Shown one piece after another: positions 9,098-20,003 of a stretch of 64,000 nucleotides of DNA. The stretch lies in NCBI GenBank assembly GCA_000004985.1, contig GG738922.1, one strand, 5' to 3'. This DNA comes from Naegleria gruberi. Lineage: Eukaryota. The notes below the pieces were generated by a model. The model was not told the origin of the DNA. It ran no database searches and worked only from the letters and a program-made list of their open reading frames with translations. Position 1 is the stretch's first letter; the number at the start of each line of letters is the position of its first letter. Both the position numbers and the translations under genes were made by a program.

Positions 9098-9952
9098 ATG
9101 CACCATCACAAACCACTGTTCCCACTCGAAAACCTTCCCTCACAAGTTGTATCACACTTCCTGATGAATAATAAAAAGTTACAAGAGGAGAGAATCGAGT
9201 GGATAGAATCAGAGACGAGAAAAATTGATGAATTTACAGAAAAAATTACAAAACACACTTTACTTATCCCGACTACGAATGGTGATGATCAAAAAGCACA
9301 AGAAAAGATTATTAAATTAAATGTTGGTGGAAGTGTTTTCACTACCAATTTGAAAACATTGCTGAATGAAAAGGATACATTCTTTAGTGGATTTTTTAGT
9401 GATCGATTCTTACCACAAATACAAAAGGTGGAAAGTGAAAGTGGAGTAGAGGATGTCTATTTCATTGACAGGAATGGAAAGAATTTTTCATTAATTTTGG
9501 ATCATTTGCGAGGACATAAAATTGGACCAAAGATTCAAAATTTGACTGGAATTGAATTATTTGAATTTGTGGAAGATGTTGCTTTCTATCAAGTTCGCTC
9601 TATTTATCCTTTATTGAATGATGAATCTAAGGAAATGTTAAGGGAACATTTTTCAATTGAGTTGGAGGAAGCACCTAAAGTGAAAGAAACAATACCAATT
9701 GCAAATAATAGACTAAAGCTTACATCACATGCTTTAGCGAATATTCCTCAAGAGTATAAGAGAATGGTGTTGGGCGAAACTTTACATCCTTTTGTTCTCG
9801 AATTGGAACCTACAAACGCCGGCAAGATTACAGGAATGCTTCTAGAAATGGAAACAAACATGATCTTGAATTGGATTGAGAATGATGATGAATTGAAGAA
9901 GATTGTTGAACAAGCAGTTACAGTTTTAAAAGGGAGTTCTTTATATAATTAA
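9098..9952 (+). CDS. KCTD-type BTB/T1 domain protein with C-terminal PABP-type MLLE (PABC) domain
   Basis: T1/BTB: IIKLNVGGSVFTTNLKTLL...VYFIDRNGKNFSLILDHLRGHKI. MLLE: LGETLHPFVLELEPTNAGKITGMLLEMETNMILNWIENDDELKKIVEQAVTVLK, containing the KITGMLLEM hallmark. Confidence 0.75.
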   Translation: MHHHKPLFPLENLPSQVVSHFLMNNKKLQEERIEWIESETRKIDEFTEKITKHTLLIPTTNGDDQKAQEKIIKLNVGGSVFTTNLKTLLNEKDTFFSGFFSDRFLPQIQKVESESGVEDVYFIDRNGKNFSLILDHLRGHKIGPKIQNLTGIELFEFVEDVAFYQVRSIYPLLNDESKEMLREHFSIELEEAPKVKETIPIANNRLKLTSHALANIPQEYKRMVLGETLHPFVLELEPTNAGKITGMLLEMETNMILNWIENDDELKKIVEQAVTVLKGSSLYN

Positions 9953-9978
9953 TTATTTATCATATACTTGAATAAACT

Positions 9979-12900
9979 TTATTTTTTATCATAAACTTGC
10001 ACAAACTCAGTCTTACTTCTTCCAAAGCATTCAGGAGAATACATTTCTTCCATATAGGTTGAAGGTGCTACAAACGAACCTAAAGTAGTAGCTCTGCAAA
10101 TATAGCTGTAAACATGTGTGCCTTCATATAAAATTCTTGCAAATGCTTCAACTCTTTCATCTCTAATATTTTGATTTTCGAACCATTTGAAATAATGGTT
10201 ATTTGCCAATTCATTTTCGTTACCCCCATTTCCAAAATTAGTGAGCTGTGTATCGATTTCTGGATTGACAACTTCTAAACCTGCTGGCAGTTTATCAACA
10301 AGAGCAACATTATATCTTCTAGTAGGATTACATATTGTAATATTAACTCTGACCAATTCGCCTGACTTCACCTTCCATGTCTTGGTATTCTTATCAAACT
10401 TGACATCGTCAGGATTGGTGATTGCTTCATATACTCTAGAAATTGAGAATCCTCTATCTAAAGATTTGAGAGTAAATTCTTGAGGAGTGTAAGATAGAGC
10501 AATTCTATAATAAAGTCTTCCAGTACCATTCTTTGTCAAGAGGAATGATTTCTTTGAGTCATTTTCATCTGGATTGATGACTTCCTTATTAATATCAGCT
10601 CTTGGAACAAAAGCAGTTACCGGTAATGATGTAATCTTCTTTTCTCTACTTCTTCCTTTCCAAGATTGATTGCCCATAAAGAAAGTCTCCTCTGGCCTTG
10701 TAGAATCAACAAGCCATGTATTAACATTCATATCTGGAACTTCCTTCTCGAATATCTTGAAATAATCGGTGAGGGAAATGAGACAGATAGAGTTTTCTTG
10801 AGTATTATACCAACGACCATATCTATTTGCATTTCTGGCAGCCAACAGGCTTCTTACCAATTTTTGGATAATATCACTACTATCTTCTCTATCAATTTCC
10901 ATTAAACATCCCAAAACAACAGCATCAGTTCTTGTATTTGAATGCAGCATGACCATTTGTGCAAGTTCATTATCTTCATATCTAGTGATAAAGTGTGCAT
11001 AGATACCAGAGTCAATTGTGACATTTTCCTTAAAGTATGACTTGATGGCTTCCAACCATTGATAAACTGAAATCTTTTCATTGATGAATTTTGCAAAGAA
11101 ACCCTTCTTCTCTTCAACTTGTTCCTTCTTACATCTGTGAATAGACATTGCAAGATAAGCAGCAGATTCTGGATTCAATTCTTGAGTCAACTCTGTTAGG
11201 GTATTGTAGTGGTCAAGAATACCTTCACACAAGGAAATTACCTGTTCCTTGTCAGTTTCACTATCAGCTAACAATGAGAGAATATAAAAAGCGTATGCTT
11301 TGATAGTGTCTTTAACAGATCTTGGCCAAATAAATCCAAAGAAGAATAAACTTGAAATATTCTTCAAAATGGATTTTGTTCTGGACAGTATTTGATCTGG
11401 AATTTTGTATCCTTCAGATTTACATTTGGCAAAACAAAAAGCAACATGGCATGTCAAGAATGGATCTCCAATCAAATTATTACTCCAATAAGAGAAGGCA
11501 CCATCATATCTTTGACGCTCAAATAATCTGGCAAGATTGGTATCAATGAAAGTGTCAATCTCTTCTCTTCCAGAAATGTCCATCAATTTTTTGAGTTCCT
11601 CAGGTGTGTAGAATTGCAAAATCATTTCCTTCATGGAAACAATACCTAAAAGCTTTGAGGCAATTTGTTCATTACATTCATATGGATATGAGTAGAGATA
11701 AATGAGAGAATCAGTCAATGTTGAAAGGGCTGTTGTGGAGGTACTAACACTAAATTCACCGAAATGAGCCAAGATATTCTTTGATGGAAGTGAAATTGGT
11801 TGTAATACATTATCATTAGTTTCACTAACATCTCCATAAGTTGCAAAAGCCTCATTAGTTGCTGGAGTGAAAATTTTAAAGTCATTCTTTACAGCATCAG
11901 ACCATCCAACCATTTCGTCAGCAATGCCTTGTTTTTCAGGATTCTTAGCAACAGCTCTAACTACTCTAACTCCAATATTGATAAGAGCCTTACCACATTT
12001 GAGAACTTGAACTGGAATTCTAACTTCTTTTCTTCCTTGAGCTGGAATAACCACTGAAAATCCCTTCTTTCGTTGATTCTTGTTCTTTCCATTGAAAATT
12101 CTGAGATTTGTTACTTGGCAAACGAGTGATAGTGTCAAATCTGAATCTGTTTGATTTTGTAGAATATATGTCAAATCACACAAATCGCCATAATTCAAAA
12201 ATCTTGGAAGGGATGGTCTTACGGCAATAGGTAAATTGGTTGTAATTGCAGAACTACCAATACCAATTAAATCTTCTTTGGCATTCACTACAGCAGTTAC
12301 TTTGAATTTGGTGAGTGCATCAGTCAATTTGAAATCAAGTGTTATAGATCCATTTTCATCCGTTTGAGCGAATCCAATAAATGCAGCATCTGGTTTGAAA
12401 TTATTTCTTATTTGGAATACATCTTTTCTGTCATTCATTGATGGCATTGCACAACCACGACAACCACCACATATAGCACTGCTACTACTGCTACAAGTAC
12501 ATTCACATTCATTACAACTATGTTTTCTACAACAAGAAAACGAAGGAAGGAATAAACAAGCTGCCTTCTTATGAAATCTGACGCTTTGACAAGACATGTC
12601 ACAACATTGATTTTCCAAATCATCTAAAACTTGAATTTGTCGCCCGGACCCGTCATACCCTGCCCTATTTGATAATCTGAGTGATGTTTGAGTTTGCTCC
12701 ATGATTTCTGCATCTCGTTGGTTCTTTCTAGGGTAAAGCCAGTATCTCACGCTCTCCCTGATTGAATCACAATTGAAACTGCACGAATTATTAATTACAA
12801 ATAATGAGAGCGGGTCTTCAATCGAATGATTTGCCATATCCAATACAGCTTGATCACAAACAATCAAACAAACCTCAGAATTTGGTACAGTATTTCCTTG

Positions 12901-15900
12901 CTTATCTTTCACAAGAACAGTGACTGATGTCTCTTTTCCAGGGCTAAGTATAGTATCCTTTGGAGTGACAGTAACATCAAGCTCGTGGGAGCTCTTAGAA
13001 ATTTGAATATCAATAGATCCAGAAGCCTGAGTTGGATTAACTCTTGTCATGTCATCAATATCAACATAGTTCTCCTTACCAACCAATTGTACCTTAACTT
13101 GTATATTTGGTCTATATTCCTTCTTGATTGGAATTGTCAACTCGTACATTCCTACATCACTACTAATATCAAATGTTTCCTGTTTGATTAGCCTATTACA
13201 TAAAATCCAAGCGACTCCTGTACAATCACCACTAAAAGGAGAGACAATATAGACTTTGGCATCCTCTCCAGGTTGGTATTCATCATTTTCAAATTTGTTG
13301 GTAATTAGTTCGATACCAGATGTATTCAGAGATGCATAACCCTTTGATGTTAAATGTTCCCTATAGCCCAATTTACGAATAGGAATACTGCATCTGTTAA
13401 TACCTGATCTGTGCTTTGGTGTTTCATCTTCTTTTACTTCGCACAAAATGGCATACTCTCCATAAGCAGTGTCCTTGTTTTCCTCACTAAGCTTAAATGT
13501 ATGTAAAAGTGGTTGATCTTGTGAAGTGAGTTTGATTTCCTTGATTGGATTTGTGGTTTCCCATTTTTCATAACCCTTCGAATCGTAACCAAACTGAACT
13601 AATTTTACAGATATTGGAACGTCCTTCACCACCTTACCCTTGATATCTGTAACAACAAAGAAACAGTCGATATTTTCATCAGATTTCATAACTACTCTTT
13701 TAGTGCAACGAACTCCAATGTAATATTTGCAAGAGTGGAGAATAACCTCACTAGATGTTCTTTGTGTTTGTCTATTGATGTCCTGAACATTGGCATTGCA
13801 ACTGACACTAATAGGACTAGTTACCAACTTTTCTGGATCCCATAATATTATTGACAGATGATCATCACCATTGGAATCAGTTGTCCCATTAATATTACTG
13901 TAAAGTCTGGTTTTTGATTTTACACTATTTAAAAGTCTATCCAGTTTGTAATTATTTCTAAGATCTGTTTCTTGGAAAATGTAATTACTCCATCCTTCTG
14001 GGGTGAAATTTTTAGAAGTGGTATTGAGAGAATAGTTCACAGTTGAATTAGAGAGGCCTCCTCCACTATAATATTTGGCACTGACCTTATTGATGAACTT
14101 TTCACCAACAAACAAATCAACCTTTTCTGATGAAGGAATAATACTGCTACTGACAGTATATTCTCTAGTTCTAAACTCTTCAACTTTAAAAGTATGATTC
14201 CAGCATACTGTTTGCTGGAATCGTTGACCGTCAAAACTAAATGTGACTGAGTGAGAACCTAAATTAACATTATCTGGTATAACCAAATCCAAAACAAAAG
14301 ATCCATTCGCACTCAATTCAACTTTACCATCCAAGTATTTAACTCTGCTATTGTCGAAAACTTCATAAGTTACCTCTTTCTTACTTATTTGAGTGGTGAT
14401 TGCATAGGTACCATAATTCTCAGAATCCTTGTTAGTGTCGTATATCAAGTTTCTGATGAAACCCTTAATATGTACAGTTTCATTTGGCTTGTATAACCCA
14501 CGATCATTAAAAATGTGAGCAATATTAGTGTCTTGACGAGTTGAGTGAACATAAACGCTTGGATTAGTGTAGACAACTTGATCTGTGTCTTTAGATACAG
14601 CAATGGAAACGTGATGATAACCCTGTATGCATGTAAAATAGGCCATACCCCTTTCATTTGTTTTTTCAGTAACTGATCTAACGTCCATTGTTCTAGTCTC
14701 CTTATCAGGATAATAGTTCTTGGTGTCAAACATTGTTACTTCAGCATTGTCAACAGGTTTTCCCGTTGAGAAATCAGTTACAAATACACCTAATTTTTCT
14801 CCAGCGATACTCACAACATCGACACACAAATTTGAAACTTGCACCCATCTAGCTTGATATCCAGAAAATAATGAGTATAAAATTGATCTTTTTGGTTTGA
14901 AATGTACCAATACACTGCCTGTTTTTCCATTTTGAAGAAATTCTGGCAACATAATCTTGGTAGAAACAGTTCTGTCCTTTACAAAGTTTTCAGTTTGTAC
15001 TTTTTGATCAAAAACTTGCTTTCCAAAACTATGAGGTTTTCTTGGGTTCCAATCAAAATGTGCATAATTATCATAGGAATTAAAGAATGTTTTTGGAGCA
15101 AACTTTGGGTATACACATTCTTTGTACATTTCTATAGGATCAACTTGATTGATAATAACATGAGTTTCTTGAATATTTACAGAATCAAAGTAAAGAAATG
15201 GTTCATTGTTATCAAAAAGGCATGGTGGCATGACACTAAAGGTAGGGAGTGTCATGTTGAATTCCCTATCCTCACCTGAGACTTCGAAAGTGGCTGAATA
15301 ATCACTTTCCATGATTTGGTTATAAATATCTGGAACTCCTTTTAAAATTTTAACACTATATTTCTCCCTAGCGAGAGTATCACCTGCGATTATAATAGTA
15401 TTACCATCAGCTTTTACCTTGTAATTATTAAGGACTGGTTCAAGTTGAACAAATTTTTCAATGCTGTCTACCTTTTCCAAATCAATAGGATTGTTGAATC
15501 TGAATGTAAATGAGCAACCTGGATAAATTTCATTAAAGAAAAAATGTTTCTTTGGATAATGATCAGAAACTACCATTTTGGAATAGCCACGCACACCAGT
15601 GGATGTTTCATGAGTAGATACAAGTGGACCTTCCAAACTCTTGAATCCTGGTCTCAACCAAACACTCAAATATTCTCCTAATCCAATTTTACGATAATTC
15701 TTTCCAGCATGTAAAGTATCGTTTGCAACAAGTAACTTGATCCACATACATCTCTTTGGATCATGAACATTTTTGAGACTTCTGTAATACAAGTTATAAA
15801 CATATGGGAACTTTTTGGAATAATCTGTTTCTGCCAACATTTTGGAAATTATTGAGGTGTCTTCCAATAATTCCACACCAATTTTGTAGCTAGAAACTTT

Positions 15901-16800
15901 CATTTCCAACTTTTCTAAAACACTTTGCTTGTCAATATCTTGATCAAATTGGAAGAACATGAATGGGAGTTGAGAAATTGGAAAGCTGTTACCTGAAGGG
16001 ATACAACTGAGAATTCTAGCTGTTGGTGTCTTAAACGTTGCTGATAAATCATCTCCTAAAGTATGTCCATGCACGGACTTGGTCTTTTCTTTTATAACCT
16101 TGTAGGAAAACTCGGTTGATCTGTCAAATCTGAATCGAGGTTGAAACACTAAAGATTTAGTACCAATCCATTTCCACTTTCCTTCTTTAACATTTTCTGT
16201 TACTGGACTAATTTCAATAAAATCAATCTCTTCAAATGATTTAGTTTCTCCATCAAATTCTTCAATCATGTCATGACTAAATGTAATGGAAATGAATGGC
16301 ACAGATGCAACTTCTGAATTTTGTTTACCAGTTGGCACTGCTCTAACAATTCTAAACTTCTCTTCCTTCTTCTTTTCCAAAGCATTTTGAGCAAGTTGAT
16401 TTCCGATACTATTCACCATTTCATCAACTGCATTCACAGATTTTGGAGGAAATTCAATTTGATTTTTGACTTGGAAAGTACCAGGTTCTGGTGGTTTGAG
16501 AGTTTGTTCTCTGATCAGGTAATTTTCTTGAAGAGATTGTTCTTGATCCTGTTGATCCTTCATCAATTCTCCCAACAAGTTTTCCAAACTCTCCTCATCT
16601 AAATCTTCAATTTTAAATACTGAATCATCAATTATTTTGTTTTCTAGAGAGGCTTGTTCATCATGATCGGATGCAAATTGTTGATCATCATTCTCTCGGA
16701 TCAGAGCAGATACAACATCCTTGCTGTCTCCCTTCTTTACATGGAGAACCAATTGTTGATAATCGAGCAATTCGCTATCAATTTCTTCTTCAATCTTCAT
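9979..16800 (-). CDS. alpha-2-macroglobulin/TEP family large protein (2273 aa) with non-canonical thioester-like motif
   Basis: RNNFKPDAAF...GSITLDFKLTDALTKFKVTAVV matches the A2M core consensus R.xFPETW...PDSITTW. PYECNEQIASKLLG corresponds to the thioester region (CGEQ replaced by CNEQ). A Cys-rich block sits in the bait position. There is an acidic 400-aa N-terminal extension and no obvious signal peptide. Confidence 0.55.
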   Translation of the reverse strand: MKIEEEIDSELLDYQQLVLHVKKGDSKDVVSALIRENDDQQFASDHDEQASLENKIIDDSVFKIEDLDEESLENLLGELMKDQQDQEQSLQENYLIREQTLKPPEPGTFQVKNQIEFPPKSVNAVDEMVNSIGNQLAQNALEKKKEEKFRIVRAVPTGKQNSEVASVPFISITFSHDMIEEFDGETKSFEEIDFIEISPVTENVKEGKWKWIGTKSLVFQPRFRFDRSTEFSYKVIKEKTKSVHGHTLGDDLSATFKTPTARILSCIPSGNSFPISQLPFMFFQFDQDIDKQSVLEKLEMKVSSYKIGVELLEDTSIISKMLAETDYSKKFPYVYNLYYRSLKNVHDPKRCMWIKLLVANDTLHAGKNYRKIGLGEYLSVWLRPGFKSLEGPLVSTHETSTGVRGYSKMVVSDHYPKKHFFFNEIYPGCSFTFRFNNPIDLEKVDSIEKFVQLEPVLNNYKVKADGNTIIIAGDTLAREKYSVKILKGVPDIYNQIMESDYSATFEVSGEDREFNMTLPTFSVMPPCLFDNNEPFLYFDSVNIQETHVIINQVDPIEMYKECVYPKFAPKTFFNSYDNYAHFDWNPRKPHSFGKQVFDQKVQTENFVKDRTVSTKIMLPEFLQNGKTGSVLVHFKPKRSILYSLFSGYQARWVQVSNLCVDVVSIAGEKLGVFVTDFSTGKPVDNAEVTMFDTKNYYPDKETRTMDVRSVTEKTNERGMAYFTCIQGYHHVSIAVSKDTDQVVYTNPSVYVHSTRQDTNIAHIFNDRGLYKPNETVHIKGFIRNLIYDTNKDSENYGTYAITTQISKKEVTYEVFDNSRVKYLDGKVELSANGSFVLDLVIPDNVNLGSHSVTFSFDGQRFQQTVCWNHTFKVEEFRTREYTVSSSIIPSSEKVDLFVGEKFINKVSAKYYSGGGLSNSTVNYSLNTTSKNFTPEGWSNYIFQETDLRNNYKLDRLLNSVKSKTRLYSNINGTTDSNGDDHLSIILWDPEKLVTSPISVSCNANVQDINRQTQRTSSEVILHSCKYYIGVRCTKRVVMKSDENIDCFFVVTDIKGKVVKDVPISVKLVQFGYDSKGYEKWETTNPIKEIKLTSQDQPLLHTFKLSEENKDTAYGEYAILCEVKEDETPKHRSGINRCSIPIRKLGYREHLTSKGYASLNTSGIELITNKFENDEYQPGEDAKVYIVSPFSGDCTGVAWILCNRLIKQETFDISSDVGMYELTIPIKKEYRPNIQVKVQLVGKENYVDIDDMTRVNPTQASGSIDIQISKSSHELDVTVTPKDTILSPGKETSVTVLVKDKQGNTVPNSEVCLIVCDQAVLDMANHSIEDPLSLFVINNSCSFNCDSIRESVRYWLYPRKNQRDAEIMEQTQTSLRLSNRAGYDGSGRQIQVLDDLENQCCDMSCQSVRFHKKAACLFLPSFSCCRKHSCNECECTCSSSSSAICGGCRGCAMPSMNDRKDVFQIRNNFKPDAAFIGFAQTDENGSITLDFKLTDALTKFKVTAVVNAKEDLIGIGSSAITTNLPIAVRPSLPRFLNYGDLCDLTYILQNQTDSDLTLSLVCQVTNLRIFNGKNKNQRKKGFSVVIPAQGRKEVRIPVQVLKCGKALINIGVRVVRAVAKNPEKQGIADEMVGWSDAVKNDFKIFTPATNEAFATYGDVSETNDNVLQPISLPSKNILAHFGEFSVSTSTTALSTLTDSLIYLYSYPYECNEQIASKLLGIVSMKEMILQFYTPEELKKLMDISGREEIDTFIDTNLARLFERQRYDGAFSYWSNNLIGDPFLTCHVAFCFAKCKSEGYKIPDQILSRTKSILKNISSLFFFGFIWPRSVKDTIKAYAFYILSLLADSETDKEQVISLCEGILDHYNTLTELTQELNPESAAYLAMSIHRCKKEQVEEKKGFFAKFINEKISVYQWLEAIKSYFKENVTIDSGIYAHFITRYEDNELAQMVMLHSNTRTDAVVLGCLMEIDREDSSDIIQKLVRSLLAARNANRYGRWYNTQENSICLISLTDYFKIFEKEVPDMNVNTWLVDSTRPEETFFMGNQSWKGRSREKKITSLPVTAFVPRADINKEVINPDENDSKKSFLLTKNGTGRLYYRIALSYTPQEFTLKSLDRGFSISRVYEAITNPDDVKFDKNTKTWKVKSGELVRVNITICNPTRRYNVALVDKLPAGLEVVNPEIDTQLTNFGNGGNENELANNHYFKWFENQNIRDERVEAFARILYEGTHVYSYICRATTLGSFVAPSTYMEEMYSPECFGRSKTEFVQVYDKK

Positions 16801-17201
16801 TTATATAGTTAGTGTTGTTATCTTGATGATCACAACCTGGTCGGGGGTATATTTACAAAGGTGAGAATATTGTTTTTGTTTTTTTTAAAAAGAAAGTTCA
16901 CTGTTTGGTTTTTGTTTGATAGTAAACATGAAGACCTATTATTGATAAGGATGACCAGGCACATGACATCATAATTTACAATGATATCGTGGAACAGTTC
17001 TCAGTTACAATAGTGATAGAATAATAAACAAGTATTGAGTGTGTAAAATGAAGTGAGATTGCAAAGTTTCTCAACAGAGGCAATTCTTCAGACCAATTTG
17101 CAAGATAAAACCTCAATATTTCTACCATCTATAGATTATATCAAATACTTCCAAAGAAACAAAAATCATGCAAAACTATCAAGGACTATATGAGAAAAAA
17201 G

Positions 17202-17282
17202 CTGCAGAAGGTGGGATTTGAACCCACGAAGCTTGCACAGTAGAACTTGAGTCTACCCCCTTTGACCACTCGGGAACCCCTG
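17202..17282 (-). tRNA. tRNA-Leu (anticodon CAA), class II with long variable arm
   Basis: The reverse complement reads GCAGGGGTTCCCGAGTGGTCAAAGGGGGTAGACTCAAGTTCTACTGTGCAAGCTTCGTGGGTTCAAATCCCACCTTCTGCA. The anticodon stem is GTAGA/TCTAC with loop CTCAAGT, and the T-arm is GTGGG-TTCAAAT-CCCAC. The acceptor stem has two G.U pairs. An oligo-T run follows the 3' end. Confidence 0.8.
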
Positions 17283-17398
17283 CTTCACATTAAAAATGAA
17301 AATAAACCAAATTTATCACATTTCGGAATGTTCGGCAAAGCATTTAATGTCAAATAGCTCATTATTTCAAGATTTGAAATGATAAAATAGTTTGATAT

Positions 17399-19059
17399 TT
17401 ATTTGAAACACTTGTTGACAATATTCATAAAGAATCCACCAACTGGAAGAATATAACGAGTAATAATATTATCACCAAGGGTGGTGAGCAAGAGATTTCT
17501 CTTAGTATCAGAGAATGGTGGATATCTGAGATCCAAATCAAGCCAGTACTTCTTCTTCAAGACAGACTTTTGGTGAGTGAAAGTATTGAAAGAGGCATCA
17601 CCATGATAAGCTCCCATACCACTGTGTCCAACACCACCAAATGGAAGATGTTCTTCACCAACTTGGAGAACACATTCATTGATACCAACAGCACCAGATT
17701 GAGTAACCTTCATGATTCTTTCAACCAATTGTTGATTCTTTGAATAAATATACAATGCCAATGGCTTAGATCTTTGATTAATGAATTTCAAACCAGCATC
17801 AAGATCTTTCAAAACGCTTGGATATTCAGTTGATTTAGATTCTCCATAAATAATGATTGGCAAAAGAGGTCCGAAAAGTTCTTCTTGCATGACAATATCA
17901 TTTTCCATATCAGGATTGAGGATCAAGGTTGGTTGTACGTACTTGGCTGATTCATCTGCATTACCACCATAGATAACCTTATCCTTGACTTGATCAATAA
18001 TTGCCTTAAGACGTTTTACATGTGTACCTGTGACAATTCTGGAATAGTCTGGAGATTTGGATGGATCTTCACCATACATTTTAGTGATGGCTTCCTTGAG
18101 GGCTGGAATGAATTTGTCAGCAATTCTACCATCCAACAAGACATAATCTGGAGCAACACAAGTTTGTCCATTATTGAATGTCTTACCCCAGGCAATTCTG
18201 TTGGCAGCAACTGAAATATCAATATCCTTGTCAATAATGAGTGGTGATTTACCTCCAAGTTCTATTAAATATTATCCACAATTCCAATAATTTAAATCAT
18301 TTGTTATTGAAATTTGCATTATGTGTGATAGTTCATTAATATCAACTTTGATCAACTAAACTTACCCAAAGTTACAGGAGTCAAATGTTCAGCAGCAGCA
18401 CGCATAACAATCTTTCCGACTCTAATGCTGCCAGTGTAGAAAATGTGATCATATGGTTCCTTCAACAAGTTGGTTGTCACAGTTGCATCACCTTCAATGA
18501 CACGAACATATTTCTCATCAAAATATTTAGGAATTAGTTTAGCAAAGGTAGAGGAAACATTTGGAGAAACTTCGGAAGGTTTCAAAATAACCAAATTACC
18601 AGCTGCCAAAGCACCAGAAAGTGGAATAGCCAACAAACTGATTGGATAATTCCATGGAGCAATAATCAGAACAACACCCAAAGGTTCCTTTCTAATAAAG
18701 CCTTCTGAAGGAAGATTGGCAGGATTGACAATATTAACATATTCATCCTTCATCAATCTCTTCAAATCACCCTTCAAGAATTGAGCAGATCCCACAGACA
18801 AACCAACTTCAATGGTTTTTAATGGTTCTGTTTGTCCCAAATCCTTGACTTGAGCTTCCTTCCAATCCTCCTTATTTTCCTCGAACATGGCAATAAACTT
18901 GTCCAATTGTTCTTCTCTCCATTCACGATCTCTAGTGATACCAGTTTGAAAAGTAGCCTTCATTGATTCAACCAATTCGGCATATGGTCTATCACTCTTA
19001 TCATCAACAATAACATTGTTTTGTTCCTTGTTTTGAAACACTGCAGATCCTCCGATCAT
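17399..19059 (-). CDS. aldehyde dehydrogenase, ALDH3 family (2 exons)
   Basis: Exon 1 is 19059..18366 and exon 2 is 18261..17399. The intron is phase 1 with a GTAAGT donor and AG acceptor. The splice joins PVTL|ELGGKSP to regenerate the canonical ALDH motif. Other ALDH signatures are EEHLPFGGVGHSGMG and ELFGPLLPII. Confidence 0.85.
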
Positions 19060-20003
19060 CTCTCTGTTATTTAATTATCTAGTCGTAAAATAAAAATTAA
19101 TTGAAAACTGTGGTGCACAACAATCGAGAGTCTCGTTGTATGGTTGTTTGTTGAGGTTTTTTTTAGTTGTTGATTCTTTTTGTGGCCCTCTCGTTAACTT
19201 CATTAATAAATCAAATTTGCGCGGAGAACTTTGAGAATTGTCCCTTAAAAAAATTCCTTGTTTACTGGCGCTTAGTTGTCCTCCTCTCACACCATCATCC
19301 ACAACCACCATTCGTTCCGAAACACGCTACTAAAGAAGATCGTTGCATTGTATACAGAGAAAAATGTCGTAAATTGTGTATGCTCGGTTAAGGAGTGCAA
19401 GACGACAATAATGCGAGCTTGAGGATGAAAAAATCCATTTCCTGATTGAATTTTGAAGTTGGTGGGTTATTTGGAAATGTGGTTAGCCTGGGATGGAATG
19501 TTTAGGGAGAAGTTTGATAGGTTGGTTGTGGAAGGCAAATTGATTTTCGGAATGATGATGATATGAACGGCAAAAGAGGAAGTACATGGTTAGTTTGTCA
19601 TGTATTTTGGTATATGAAAGGTTCAAGATAGTGGCTTGTCATCAATGTGCACCTTAGAAACAATGTTTTTTACATTCATCTACAGTTTCTTCCAAAATAA
19701 TTGTGACCAATTTGAATTCACAAGTGAGCTTTTTGGATGGTTTACTGTATGCCGAATCCTCAAGATAATCCTATTACCAAGTTGCAACACACTGTAATCA
19801 TTAATGTGCCCATCCCCTAGTCCGCATCTCCCAAATAACCAATCAACAAATTTCACACTCCTCACAATTACGAACTGAAACCTCTCTTACAAAATATTCG
19901 CGAGAAATTATCGCTTGTTGTAAACGCCAAAAGTCGGAGCCTTCAATAGCAGTTCACAACATACTTCACACAACGAATACCATCAAACCAACCACACAAA
20001 AAA

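Noticed and set aside
10080-16602. Small ORFs on either strand inside the A2M-like gene.
   Set aside because: They lie within the 2273-codon frame and have no independent motif or signal.
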